Origin: a virus
Lineage: Duplodnaviria > Caudoviricetes
Length of the DNA: 51,466 bases
Strand: one strand, 5' to 3'
Virus record (IMG/VR): IMGVR_UViG_3300021090_000029
Span: 1-51,466 of that record
Positions 1-9,849 of the stretch are shown here, one piece after another (positions within the stretch are counted from its first letter, which is position 1; each line of letters opens with the position of its first letter). The notes beneath the pieces were generated by a model. That model was not told where the DNA came from and ran no database searches. It saw nothing but the letters and a program-made list of their open reading frames with translations. The translations under genes and the position numbers were made by a program.

Positions 1-93
1 ACCTGGCCCATTGAGTAATCCGTTACCCGGTTATTATGTCTGTCAACTAAGGATTTAGTAGGCGTGCCCTGCCCCTGCCCGCGCCCTGGGCGA

Positions 94-113
94 CCCACCC
101 CCACCCCCTCCCC
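94..113 (-). other. G-quadruplex-type motif (four G-runs with 1-nt loops on - strand)
   Basis: + strand CCC-A-CCCCC-A-CCCCC-T-CCCC. Confidence 0.45.
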
Positions 114-644
114 ACCTGAACCCATTACCCCATTCCACCAGGCGAGGAGGAGATATACCCTGGAAGAATGCGGGGGGTGAAATTCGGGGGAATCCGAGGT
201 GATAGACAAGCGGGAGAAGTGATAGGGGTGGTTTATGGGGTCCCCGCTTTTGGGACATTGGAGATACGTACTTTTAGCGTACGCGGTTGTGACGGAGGGG
301 GTATTCTTAGATACGTATAAGTACGAATTTGAAAACGCCTCTTTAGAATCAACTACTTAACTATTATGTCAACTACACTAGGACATGGTTTTTAGCCGGG
401 TTTTAGGCCAGCGGGTATAAAAAGTCGGTATAAAGACATATCACGATATATCGTCATGGCCCCTAGCTGACAAGCGGGACGCTAATATACTAATTGCATA
501 CGCGATAAGTACGCATAAGTACGCGGGGGCTTTTTTGGGCCCGTCCTGCCTGGTTTTTGTGTGTCCGCCAGTCCGACGGCATTCTTGCGAGATCAAGCGA
601 GCACAATCTGTAGTCTCGCCGTGGGGCTATATTCAGATTGGGTT

Positions 645-760
645 TCTATATTCTTTATGATCTTGATATTTTTCTTAAATCCAATATTAAGATTTATTCT
701 TAAGATATTATTCTTATCTTAAGATATTATTCTTAAGAGATATAAGAGTAATTCTTAAGA
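645..760. repeat. AT-rich segment with four TCTTAAGA palindromes; candidate origin or packaging site
   Basis: TCTTAAGA at 698, 717, 731 and 753 in a very AT-rich stretch. Confidence 0.6.
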
Positions 761-834
761 CATGGCAACTCACGTCGGGGAGAACGACAACTCAACTCGC
801 GTAACAAAACTAGCGACGTGGGCTTACGACAGGA

Positions 835-869
835 TATCTTTGTCTATCTTTGTCTATCTTTGTCTATCT
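835..869 (+). repeat. 10-bp tandem repeat TATCTTTGTC x3.5
   Basis: Read directly; ends 2 nt before a -35 box. Confidence 0.9.
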
Positions 870-871
870 AC

Positions 872-900
872 TTGACATTGACATCGACTTGTGGTAGGAT
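872..900 (+). promoter_or_regulatory. sigma70-type promoter for the + arm
   Basis: TTGACA(872-877)-17 nt-TAGGAT(895-900) with extended -10 TG. Confidence 0.7.
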
Positions 901-906
901 TCGTGC

Positions 907-1020
907 ATGAGTAGAACTTCTCGAATCCCTGTCTGGCAGTGGCCCCTGATCCCCGTTATCTGGTTTGTTAAGAAAGTCCTAAGTCCGGCCTGGGTTTGGT
1001 TCAGGAGTCTAAATGCTTGA
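907..1020 (+). CDS. 37-aa Trp-rich peptide, probably leaderless
   Basis: MSRTSRIPVWQWPLIPVIWFVKKVLSPAWVWFRSLNA; ATG 6 nt after the -10 box; overlaps next start. Confidence 0.45.
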   Translation: MSRTSRIPVWQWPLIPVIWFVKKVLSPAWVWFRSLNA

Positions 1021-1411
1021 ACTAAGGATTCGCCCGGCTCAAAACGGTTGGATCGTAAGGGAAACGGACGACGACGATCTGGATGGGGTGGAATCCGTCT
1101 TTGAGATTCCAGATTCCGAACACGGTGACTTAGAGGCCATGCAGGGCCTTTTATACCACATCATTGAAACATTCGGCCTGATCGGGTCAAAGCACGATAA
1201 GAAGCGGCTTCGGGTGGATATTGAGCCGGGGGGTGACCATGGGGAGTCTATCCAGATAGACGGCCATTCTTCTCCGGCTGATCCGGATGAGTTTGTGAAA
1301 AAATACAAAGAATCATTGGAAGATTATGTTTCTCCTACATCTACAGGCATATCGGACCTTTTGGGTCCGGAACCTGCCGGGGTTATAGATTGGGACAAAA
1401 AGGAGGAATGA
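1013..1411 (+). CDS. hypothetical acidic protein
   Basis: 132-aa ORF, AGGAG RBS. Confidence 0.7.
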   Translation: MLELRIRPAQNGWIVRETDDDDLDGVESVFEIPDSEHGDLEAMQGLLYHIIETFGLIGSKHDKKRLRVDIEPGGDHGESIQIDGHSSPADPDEFVKKYKESLEDYVSPTSTGISDLLGPEPAGVIDWDKKEE

Positions 1412-1565
1412 ACCTTTTTAAGTTAAATACGTATGGAAGAAATAGTGCTGTTTTACGTCTAAAGAATGTGGACAGAGGAGAGGCCCCTTAACAGGGGAGG
1501 GAACGGCAAGTAGCCACCTAAACAGAAAAAGCCGTTGGGGTTCCAGGCTACTCAAGGGAGCATAA

Positions 1566-1712
1566 ATGCCGGTAGAACTTGAAAATAAGTTAAAGAAAGC
1601 CGCGCTTAAAAAGTTCGGAACTACAAAAAGCAAGAAGGCGCGGGCGTACATTTACGGGACTTTACAGGAAAAGACAGACTGGCGGCCGAAAATGAAGAAG
1701 GAGGTCTTGTGA
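1566..1712 (+). CDS. small basic hypothetical protein
   Basis: MPVELENKLKKAALKKFG...; AGGGAG RBS; translated by hand. Confidence 0.55.
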   Translation: MPVELENKLKKAALKKFGTTKSKKARAYIYGTLQEKTDWRPKMKKEVL

Positions 1713-1885
1713 ATTATTTTTCAACTCCGAAAAAATTTCGGGAAGTGGTAGAAGAACTCAGCAAGATTGACGAACGGATCGAGAAGCTTGAGGCGTGCAT
1801 TGAGTCTGCGTTTAGATTACTCGGGATCGTATTCGAATTTGATAAATGGGGGACCGGTCGGGCCGTAAAGACGGGTAAAAAGTGA
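1709..1885 (+). CDS. small coiled-coil hypothetical protein
   Basis: GTG start overlapping upstream TGA, GGAGG RBS; MNYFSTPKKFREVVEELSKIDERIEKLE. Confidence 0.5.
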   Translation: MNYFSTPKKFREVVEELSKIDERIEKLEACIESAFRLLGIVFEFDKWGTGRAVKTGKK

Positions 1886-1919
1886 AGAATCTTTACATCC
1901 TGTCCCGCGCTAAGAAATA

Positions 1920-2051
1920 ATGGCCGTAATTCGTTCCGGATGGGACTCAACTCCGGACAAAGAGTTTTTTAAGCGGTCTAGGAAGAAGCGGCTAGAGCGC
2001 GACCGCCAATGGGCCGAGAAGAAGCGCAAGGAGCGGCGGAAGGCTAAATGA
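1920..2051 (+). CDS. small Arg/Lys-rich protein
   Basis: MAVIRSGWDSTPDKEFFKRSRKKRLERDRQW...; translated by hand. Confidence 0.4.
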   Translation: MAVIRSGWDSTPDKEFFKRSRKKRLERDRQWAEKKRKERRKAK

Positions 2052-2072
2052 TGGCCAAATGAAGGCTACGTA

Positions 2073-4148
2073 ATGGCGAAAAAAAAGGCTTCAACTAAAA
2101 CGGGCGGTTCAATAGCCCTTGGTGATAGCCAGGAATCTATCAAGATAGACACGGAAACTAAGTTGGAGTTGGAAAAGTCTGACGTTTCCCAGGCTTACCA
2201 GGGCGGGCTGGATATCAATCTTTCCCGCGTTTTGGATTCAGGAGAGACTTTAGAAACGGCGTTAACTCGACATATCAAAAACGAACTCGATACTGAACTA
2301 GACAATCAGGCATCACTTGAGTCAAAAATCAAGAGGTGGCAGAGGCAGTATAAGGGCAAAAAACGCAGGAAGGATTGGCCGTGGGCCAACGCCGCTAATG
2401 TTGCGGTCCCTATAACTCGATACATCATTGACACGATTGCCTGTAGGGTCATTGATGCCGTTTTTAATCGACGCAAGGTTGTCATCGTTAAGGCCAAGAA
2501 GCCGGAGTTGAATGCTATTGCGCGGCAGATTGAGGAAGCCATCGAGTGGTTCCAGAAACACATCTGGAAATTGAGGGACAAGCTTTACCCGGTCATTTTA
2601 CAGGATTTGAAGGTCGGATGCGGGGTTATTCATGTCTGTTGGGAATCAAAGAAGCGGACAGTTTATAGATATGCGGATGAGATCGAGATTGCGGACAAGA
2701 ACACGCACACGTATTCTTTGGCCGGGACGAGCGACAAGGCCGTAAAAGACGTTCAAACGGTTTATGAGGGTCCGCAGTTGTATCCGATCAGCCGGGAGGA
2801 CCTAGTCGTTTCGTCCGACGCCAAGGATTTTTCGGACGCTTATCTGTGCGGGTATCGACTTTACAAAAGACGGCATGAGCTTGAGTTCGGCGCTAAAAAG
2901 GGGCTCTATCTCAAGGAGGGAGTAAGAAAACTTCTTGGGCCGGACAAGTACGACGAGAATAAAGAAGCCAGGATAGAGGCCCAGGAGAAGGACTTTAAGA
3001 AAACGCCATGGTCAGAACCGTATGAGGTCTATGTTCTATGGACGAAGTACGATGTTGACGACGACGGGGACTTGGACGATATCGTTGTGACTTTTCACAA
3101 CAAAAGCGGGACAATTTTACGGGCGATTTATAACCCGATCTTCACGTCCAATAGGCCGTTTGTTAAATTCGTCGGGGACCCGGTAGAGTTTAGTTTCGAC
3201 GGAAACTCCGGGTGTGAAACGCTTTACTCAATCCAGGAGGAAATCGACACAATTCATAACCAGCGGCTTGACCGGATGACGCTTTTAAACGCCTTCGTGA
3301 CGTTCACGAAATCGGGTTCAAGCCTGGAAAACTTCAAGTGGTTTCCTGGGAAAAACTACGTTGTTGACGATAACCTTGATGAGTCGTTTAGGATCGTGCA
3401 GACTCCGGATGTTTACCCCTCAACGTTTACCGAGGAGGCCAATTTAATCAGCCTCGCGGAGAGGGCCATGGGGGTTACTCCGCAGATGATGGGAATACAG
3501 ACGGCGGAAAGGCCCGTTTTCAAGGAATCGCTTTCAAATCTTGAGGAGGCGAACAAGAAGCACAAGCTTAGGATCGACAATTATCGGAACGCGATTCGAG
3601 AGACTATTTATCAGGGTCTTGAGAATTTTGCTCAGTATCAGCCGACGTTAAGGTACAAAACCGATCAGGGCGGGACTTGGGAGGAGCAAACCGTTGACCT
3701 GCCTGTTAAGATGATTCGGGATGGGCTGGAGATTGATCTAACGGCGTCAACGGAAATGATTAGTCAGGAGGTCCGTCGAGAGGTGAACATGGCGGTTTAC
3801 CAACTCCTGTCTCAATACATGACGAACGTAACAGGGATGGCGCAAGCGTTGGTGAATCCCAATGTCCCGCCCGATTTCAAGAAGGTCCTATTAGAGGCGA
3901 ACAAGATTGGGGTTAACGTCATTACGGAGATTTTGAAGGACTTTGAGAAGAACGACGCGGAGAGTCTTGTGTTGGATTTGACTAAGAGCATTAGTCCTCA
4001 AACGATTATGGCCCCTCCTCCGCCTCCCCCTCAGGGTCCTCCGGGCGGTCCGCCGCCCCAGGGTCCCCAGGGGCCTCCTCCTGGTCAAGGGCCTCAGCAG
4101 GGGCCTCCGCAGGGTCCGCCTCCGCAAGGTCCTCCGCAAGGAATGTAA
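2073..4148 (+). CDS. portal protein with Pro/Gln/Gly C-terminal tail
   Basis: 691 aa, first large gene of the head module; podoviral portal-like motifs (WPWANAAN..VP, LYSIQEEIDTIHNQRLD, G..PQMMG). Confidence 0.85.
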   Translation: MAKKKASTKTGGSIALGDSQESIKIDTETKLELEKSDVSQAYQGGLDINLSRVLDSGETLETALTRHIKNELDTELDNQASLESKIKRWQRQYKGKKRRKDWPWANAANVAVPITRYIIDTIACRVIDAVFNRRKVVIVKAKKPELNAIARQIEEAIEWFQKHIWKLRDKLYPVILQDLKVGCGVIHVCWESKKRTVYRYADEIEIADKNTHTYSLAGTSDKAVKDVQTVYEGPQLYPISREDLVVSSDAKDFSDAYLCGYRLYKRRHELEFGAKKGLYLKEGVRKLLGPDKYDENKEARIEAQEKDFKKTPWSEPYEVYVLWTKYDVDDDGDLDDIVVTFHNKSGTILRAIYNPIFTSNRPFVKFVGDPVEFSFDGNSGCETLYSIQEEIDTIHNQRLDRMTLLNAFVTFTKSGSSLENFKWFPGKNYVVDDNLDESFRIVQTPDVYPSTFTEEANLISLAERAMGVTPQMMGIQTAERPVFKESLSNLEEANKKHKLRIDNYRNAIRETIYQGLENFAQYQPTLRYKTDQGGTWEEQTVDLPVKMIRDGLEIDLTASTEMISQEVRREVNMAVYQLLSQYMTNVTGMAQALVNPNVPPDFKKVLLEANKIGVNVITEILKDFEKNDAESLVLDLTKSISPQTIMAPPPPPPQGPPGGPPPQGPQGPPPGQGPQQGPPQGPPPQGPPQGM

Positions 4149-4397
4149 ATGGTAAGTATTAAGCTGTTGATGCAGGAGTTTGAGGAGATTTCCAAGACCA
4201 AGTTTTGGGAAGCGTATTTGACCGAGTTTAGACGCGCCGAAGACACGGTCAAGGATAAGTTATATACAGGGAAAGTCGATACTTTATCGACATACGGGAC
4301 AGTTTATCAGGAACAGTTGGCGATGTTGAAAAGGATCGAAAACATCCCGAAGAAGATTTTTAGGGATGCCGAGGAAAAAGAGAAACTATCCGGATAA
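4149..4397 (+). CDS. small helical protein downstream of portal
   Basis: 82-aa ORF abutting portal stop. Confidence 0.65.
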   Translation: MVSIKLLMQEFEEISKTKFWEAYLTEFRRAEDTVKDKLYTGKVDTLSTYGTVYQEQLAMLKRIENIPKKIFRDAEEKEKLSG

Positions 4398-4437
4398 CTC
4401 GCCTGGGGCGAAACCGGATTTCTAGGAGGTATATTTT

Positions 4438-5259
4438 ATGGCAGACGACCCAACTGTGACGCCCAGCCCGTCGCAAGACGGAGGCGCAACACAGACGGAC
4501 GCCAAGGGACAACCGGATGCAGACCCACGGTTCGCGGGTAAAAATGCAGACGAACTCAAGGCGATCATTAAGGACCAGGACTCTCTCATTGGCCGCCACG
4601 GACAACGTGTCGGCGACTTAGAAAGAGAAGTCCAGGGACTAAAAGAACTAGCGGACCAGATTCGTTTCAGCCCAGGAGCGGGCCAGCAGTCTCAAGCGAG
4701 GGAGGCTCCCCAACCACCTAAGCCGGAGTTTGATTGGACAAACCCCGAGCCTTATGTGAGGGACCGAGCGGCGGAAGTGGCGCGACAGGAGTTGGCGAAG
4801 TATGACAAATACCGCCAACAGCAGGATCAGGTTCGATACTACGAGGAGGCGAAGGGCAACTACTACGACGGGCAGAAGAAGGCCCTTGGTGGTAATCCTA
4901 AGCTCTTTGAGGGGATCGAGCGGGATGTGGCCGACTATATGTTTACCACGTTTAGGGCCGGGGCGATCGACAAGGATACGCTCCGCAATCCCGATGCGTG
5001 GGAACTTATTGCTAAAAACATCCGACTCCAGCGCGGCGAATATGACCGCATCGTTCCGCAGAAGCCTCACGGCATGTCTCCCCAGCCGCTTGACAGACCG
5101 TCTTCACGCCCGGATTCTGACGCTGACGAAGACGTGGTTCTAGATGAAGAGGACCGCGAGTTTATGAAGAAACAAGGACTTACTGAAAAAGAAGCCGTGG
5201 AGATTATCAAGGGGGAGGTTTCGGCGGCGAAGAAGGGGCTTAGGAGGGAAAGGCGATGA
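4438..5259 (+). CDS. capsid scaffolding protein (putative)
   Basis: Disordered acidic N-terminus, coiled coil, position between portal and capsid; AGGAGG RBS. Confidence 0.7.
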   Translation: MADDPTVTPSPSQDGGATQTDAKGQPDADPRFAGKNADELKAIIKDQDSLIGRHGQRVGDLEREVQGLKELADQIRFSPGAGQQSQAREAPQPPKPEFDWTNPEPYVRDRAAEVARQELAKYDKYRQQQDQVRYYEEAKGNYYDGQKKALGGNPKLFEGIERDVADYMFTTFRAGAIDKDTLRNPDAWELIAKNIRLQRGEYDRIVPQKPHGMSPQPLDRPSSRPDSDADEDVVLDEEDREFMKKQGLTEKEAVEIIKGEVSAAKKGLRRERR

Positions 5260-5726
5260 AACTGCAAGACGTTAAGATTATTGATCTTCGGGCCTCTGTT
5301 CTAGACCGCGAGAAGTCCGATCCCGAGTGCGGGAGATATGTCTTTAAGGAAAAGCGTTACGTAGATTACAAGGGGAAAAGCACGCGTCCGAACTATAAGT
5401 TTCTCTGGTGCCGATGGGAGCCGAAGAATAACTATCGGGAATTCAACGAATGGAATGTCAGGTGGGGCGACACCCTCTTGACGAACGCCGTTGACCCGTA
5501 TATTCCAGAGGGAATCCCGAAAGACGCCGAGGGGCACTTTAGGTATGGCGATGTGATCCTTGTGAAACGTCCGTTGATTAACGAACTGAAGCGGTTGGAG
5601 GAGAACGAAAAAATCTCCAAGCGTGGGGCCGGGGCAAAGATGCAGGGTTTCCAGAACGAAATGAAACTCCAGGGAGTTGATATTTCTGACGATCAGTTTG
5701 CAGAGTTGACGGGGCAGGACAAGTAA
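5256..5726 (+). CDS. hypothetical head-module protein
   Basis: 156-aa ORF, ATGA-coupled. Confidence 0.7.
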   Translation: MKLQDVKIIDLRASVLDREKSDPECGRYVFKEKRYVDYKGKSTRPNYKFLWCRWEPKNNYREFNEWNVRWGDTLLTNAVDPYIPEGIPKDAEGHFRYGDVILVKRPLINELKRLEENEKISKRGAGAKMQGFQNEMKLQGVDISDDQFAELTGQDK

Positions 5727-5769
5727 AGACTCTTCCGTTTAATCTCCCGGCGGAATAAAGGGGGATTAA

Positions 5770-6207
5770 ATGGCTTCTGTACAGAGATACGATCCCATTC
5801 CGGGGGCCGGGGCAATTCTGAATTGCCAGGAAGGCGCTACGGCTGGGAGTTTCAAACAGGGTGATTTGGTTAAGGTGGACTCGTCCGGGCAGGTTGTTAT
5901 TGCCACGGCGGGCTATATTTTCGGGATTGCGGGCAAGGATGCGACCGGGACTCAGGCGACTGTCATCCCGGTGGAACTCATTGATCCGACCGCGATTTAT
6001 GTTGCGAGGTCTGGCACGACTACGGCCCAGGCTGACGTTGGCGAGTTGTTTGATTTCACGTTTACGGCCGGGGCGCATACTCTTGTTGAGGCGGGCGCTA
6101 CGACGGATGTTTATGTCGTGGGCTTGCATTCCGGTGATGCCGTGGGGACTTCGGGCGGGCGACTGCTCGTTCGGTTCCTTGGGGCGTTGTTCACCTCGCA
6201 GACTTGA
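5770..6207 (+). CDS. capsid cement/decoration protein (putative)
   Basis: 145 aa, G/A/T-rich beta protein (FKQGDLVKV) directly upstream of capsid. Confidence 0.65.
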   Translation: MASVQRYDPIPGAGAILNCQEGATAGSFKQGDLVKVDSSGQVVIATAGYIFGIAGKDATGTQATVIPVELIDPTAIYVARSGTTTAQADVGELFDFTFTAGAHTLVEAGATTDVYVVGLHSGDAVGTSGGRLLVRFLGALFTSQT

Positions 6208-6219
6208 GGAGGATAAATC

Positions 6220-7149
6220 ATGGCTACCATTAGAATGTCATGGGACACTACGACTAACAAAGACCTTCTGAAAGAAGGCGTCCTCCGAAAGCTTTTTGAC
6301 ACCACGGCGAGGGAGGCTAAGGTTTACTACAAGGAACTCGTCAATGATCTAAAGACTTCTAACGAGTCGGAGAAGGACCAGCGCATGGCGGGTCTTAACG
6401 GGGCCACGGAACTTGCTGACGGGCAGAATATTCCTATTCAGTCTCCGGTTCTCGGCACGTCAAAGACCTACACCCAGAGAAGGTGGGGCACGGGCTTCAG
6501 AATGACGAAGATGATGGACAAGTTCAACAAGTACAGCCTGTGGCAGAAGTGGTCCAAGCAGTTGGCGAAGGTTATGAAGGAGTCTAAGGATATTGAGATT
6601 CACGTGATGTTCAATAACCCGACTTCTACTTCTCTGACGTGCGGGACCGGGTTTGATTCTTTGGCGCTGGCCTATGCGACGCATACGGGTCTTTTGGCTG
6701 GGTCCACTTCGGATAATTTCGACAATATCCTGAGCGCGGCCCTGTCGTATTCTTCGCTTGAGTCTGTGAGATATTACTTCAAGACTTTGAAGGATGATCT
6801 TGGTCTGGTGGTTGGAACGGACCCGACGCATCTGGTTATTGAGCCAGCTCTTTACCCGACGGCCATGGAAATTCTTAGGTCTGAGTATAAGCCTCATGAG
6901 GACAGCAACACGACCAACGTTTTCAAGGATTATATTAAGGTCTATGAAGACCCGCGTATTACGTCTACGACTCAATGGTTCGTGCTTGCGAAGGGCGATG
7001 GCTACGATATTAACGTGCTCACGGCGCAGGAGCCGGACATGTTGGTTGCCAACGCACCCGATACTAGCCGGGACAGGATCGCTACGAGCGATCAAATCTT
7101 CACTTATGGCTGGGGTGACGCAAGACAGTTCTTCCTCGGAAATTCGTGA
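6220..7149 (+). CDS. major capsid protein (HK97 fold, Mu gpT-like)
   Basis: 309 aa; P.HLVI.P.L...A..IL, N.F, YGWGD.R C-terminus; GAGGAGG RBS. Confidence 0.85.
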   Translation: MATIRMSWDTTTNKDLLKEGVLRKLFDTTAREAKVYYKELVNDLKTSNESEKDQRMAGLNGATELADGQNIPIQSPVLGTSKTYTQRRWGTGFRMTKMMDKFNKYSLWQKWSKQLAKVMKESKDIEIHVMFNNPTSTSLTCGTGFDSLALAYATHTGLLAGSTSDNFDNILSAALSYSSLESVRYYFKTLKDDLGLVVGTDPTHLVIEPALYPTAMEILRSEYKPHEDSNTTNVFKDYIKVYEDPRITSTTQWFVLAKGDGYDINVLTAQEPDMLVANAPDTSRDRIATSDQIFTYGWGDARQFFLGNS

Positions 7150-7181
7150 GCGGCGCATCTTGTTTAGTTAGATGATACTAT

Positions 7182-7241
7182 GGGATGGGCGGGGCGTAGG
7201 TCCGGCGGTGGCCGTGACGATTGCCCCGCCCGCCCCTCTTT
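7182..7241 (+). terminator. GC-rich stem-loop after capsid gene (terminator or attenuator candidate)
   Basis: GGGCGGGGC...GCCCCGCCC followed by a short T-tract. Confidence 0.4.
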
Positions 7242-7267
7242 GTGAGGGGTAAAAGAAGGGGGAACGA

Positions 7268-9472
7268 ATGGCAAAGATTACTGATTCTCTTGTTTGGGAG
7301 GGTGATAAGTTCAATAAAAAGCAGGGGACCATGGCGATCCCTGCGGGTCCGGCGGGTGATGATCCTGGTTTGTTTTTCCTCGAATCAAGGAATACCGCCG
7401 GGACTCTGGGCGGTCTTTATGTCTGGGCGTCCAGCATTAACGAAATCCGCATTAGTGCCACTAAGCCGACTGCCGAGTTGACGGATGGCTCGGCCCTCGG
7501 AACGGCGGCTTCTAGCGGGGCGAATAATCTCCTTTCCAATTTGGGCGTGACGACTATTAATACGTCGCTTATTTCGGACACGGATGTTACGGATGACCTT
7601 GGGTCGGCGAGTTACTATTGGCGTTATCTTTATGCCTCCAAGGTTTTTCTTAGTTCAACGTCTACCCTGACGGGGGGCTCGTCTACGGCGGCCCTGGTCG
7701 GTGATCTTACGCTTGCGGAAGGTAAGATCACGATTGACACGACCACGGACGAAACGACTTACGTTAAGAAGAACGTTTCGGCGGGGACGGCCCCGGCGGT
7801 AGAGATCGAGATTACTCATGCCGACGATCAGGCCGTGGCTCTCCTGATTGATTCGGATGCTACCGGCGCATACGACGCGATGCAGATTACGCATGCCGGG
7901 ACGGGGAGCGGGCTGAAGATCACGACGGGCGCGGCAACGGGGACGGCCCTGACGCTGGTTGCCCCGGCCTCGGAAACGACTGCTTTGGCTCTGTTGGATG
8001 GGACTACGGGATCATGGCTTGGGGCTACCAATGTAGGCATGCTCCACCTGAAGGCGGATGGGACTCTGGCGCATGCCAACGCCTCTCTGCTTTACATCGC
8101 CCATAGCGGGACTACGGCGGCTTCTGCGGTAGGGTCTTCTCTGAGGATTAACGATTCGGCCACGGCGGGGAGCGCGGCCTCTATTGCGGCTTACGTTTAC
8201 TCGGCTAGCCAGCACGTTCTCAAGGTGCAGACGAACACGGTTAGTAAGACGGCCTTGCAGATTGCCTGTGCGGCCTCTACCACGGCGGCCATGGCGATTG
8301 TCGCGGCCACGGATTGGATTGGGGCTAGCACGGTTGGTGCGCTTGAGATTACCGGGACGGGCGTCCTGGAGGCTGGCGCGAATCTGGTTCGGATTAGTTC
8401 TAATGCCGCGAACACGGCGGCTTCATATCTGTGCGAGATCACTTCGACCGGGAACTTTACGAATTCGACCAACGGGCTGTGTCTCAGGGTTACGGAAGCG
8501 GGAACGGCGGCCGGGACTTCTTATGCGGCCTACATCCTGTCTACGGCCAATAACGGGCTTCGGGTTTCTACGGGTGCGGTTGGAGTTACTTCCCTCCTGG
8601 TTGACGGACTTCAGGCTCAGACGGCTTCGATTGCTAAGATTGACGCCGGGACCGGGACGGGGTGGGTTGGCGCGACGGGGGTTGGTGCCCTGCATATCAG
8701 CGGTGACGGGACCCTTGCGCACGCCAACGCTTCGATGTTGCTGATTGCTCATTCCGGGGCGATGGCGGCATCCGGGCTTGGCGGGTCTTTAAGGATTACG
8801 GATACTTCATCGGCGGTGGGTGGGTCGTATGTCGCGGCAATCACCTCGACGAACAACAACCTTCTCTACCTGCTTGGGGTGGCCGTTGCCAAGACGCAGT
8901 TGACGATTCAGGCTCCGGCCTCGCAGACGGCCGCGATGTTGATTTTGGACGGTACAACCGGGTCTTGGTTGGGCGCGAATGGGGTTGGGATGCTTCAGTT
9001 GCAGAATGACGGAGGGTTCGCCCACGTCAACGCATCTTGTTTGCTTATCACCAATTCGGGTATCCCGGCCGATGATTCCAGGGGCCATTGTCTGAGGATT
9101 GTTGACACGGGGAATGCGGCCGCTGGGACGATGGCGTATGCGGCCTTTATGAGTTCTAACGATGCTACGGTGGGGACGCTTTATCTGTCCGCCGCCGCGA
9201 CCAAACCCGCGCTGACGGTCGCCCAGGGGACGTCTTCTTTTGCGGAAGTGGCGACGATGACCGGGGGTGTCGTTAATCTCGTTGCGGTTACGGATGTTAC
9301 GGCGGTCGCTCCTACGGGGGCAGAGATTGCGGGCGGGTCGCTCGGCGCGGCCAACACTCACGCGGCTGGGTTTATGGCGGTCCTTGATGACAATAATGCC
9401 CATGCCGCCCTTTTCATTATTCTTGATGACGGCGCATCCTATCATTGGATTGCCGCCACGAAGTGCTTATAG
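7268..9472 (+). CDS. Ala/Thr/Gly-rich virion fibre with four ~105-aa internal repeats
   Basis: Repeated W[LIV]GA..VG.L.....G..AH.NAS motif. Confidence 0.65.
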   Translation: MAKITDSLVWEGDKFNKKQGTMAIPAGPAGDDPGLFFLESRNTAGTLGGLYVWASSINEIRISATKPTAELTDGSALGTAASSGANNLLSNLGVTTINTSLISDTDVTDDLGSASYYWRYLYASKVFLSSTSTLTGGSSTAALVGDLTLAEGKITIDTTTDETTYVKKNVSAGTAPAVEIEITHADDQAVALLIDSDATGAYDAMQITHAGTGSGLKITTGAATGTALTLVAPASETTALALLDGTTGSWLGATNVGMLHLKADGTLAHANASLLYIAHSGTTAASAVGSSLRINDSATAGSAASIAAYVYSASQHVLKVQTNTVSKTALQIACAASTTAAMAIVAATDWIGASTVGALEITGTGVLEAGANLVRISSNAANTAASYLCEITSTGNFTNSTNGLCLRVTEAGTAAGTSYAAYILSTANNGLRVSTGAVGVTSLLVDGLQAQTASIAKIDAGTGTGWVGATGVGALHISGDGTLAHANASMLLIAHSGAMAASGLGGSLRITDTSSAVGGSYVAAITSTNNNLLYLLGVAVAKTQLTIQAPASQTAAMLILDGTTGSWLGANGVGMLQLQNDGGFAHVNASCLLITNSGIPADDSRGHCLRIVDTGNAAAGTMAYAAFMSSNDATVGTLYLSAAATKPALTVAQGTSSFAEVATMTGGVVNLVAVTDVTAVAPTGAEIAGGSLGAANTHAAGFMAVLDDNNAHAALFIILDDGASYHWIAATKCL

Positions 9473-9551
9473 GGATTAAAGAGTGAAACGGGACTACCGT
9501 ATCGTTAAGACGATGCAGTTGCCCGTAAAGTCTAGCTTTAAGGAGTTTTTA

Positions 9552-9776
9552 ATGAGTGATTTTCAGAGTCAACTACAGTTGCAGATGACCGAGGTGCAGG
9601 GACGGTTTGACGCTCTGGAGGCCAAGAGAAGCGGTCTCGTAGGGAAGCGGGCCGAACTGGACCGGGAAATTTCCGCGACGGTAGAGGAACAAATCCGGGT
9701 GCAGGGCGAGTATAGGGCCCTGGAGAATCTAAAGAAGCTCGGGGAAACGCCGCTTCCTGGCGAAACTCCGAATTAG
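9552..9776 (+). CDS. coiled-coil protein (possible fibre chaperone)
   Basis: AAGGAG RBS before ATG 9552; heptad pattern. Confidence 0.55.
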   Translation: MSDFQSQLQLQMTEVQGRFDALEAKRSGLVGKRAELDREISATVEEQIRVQGEYRALENLKKLGETPLPGETPN

Positions 9777-9849
9777 TGGACGCAAGGCTCATGGGGTCGT
9801 GCCTTTAAACGACCCCATCTATTCCGCAGGTTAAGGCAGGAGGAGCAGG

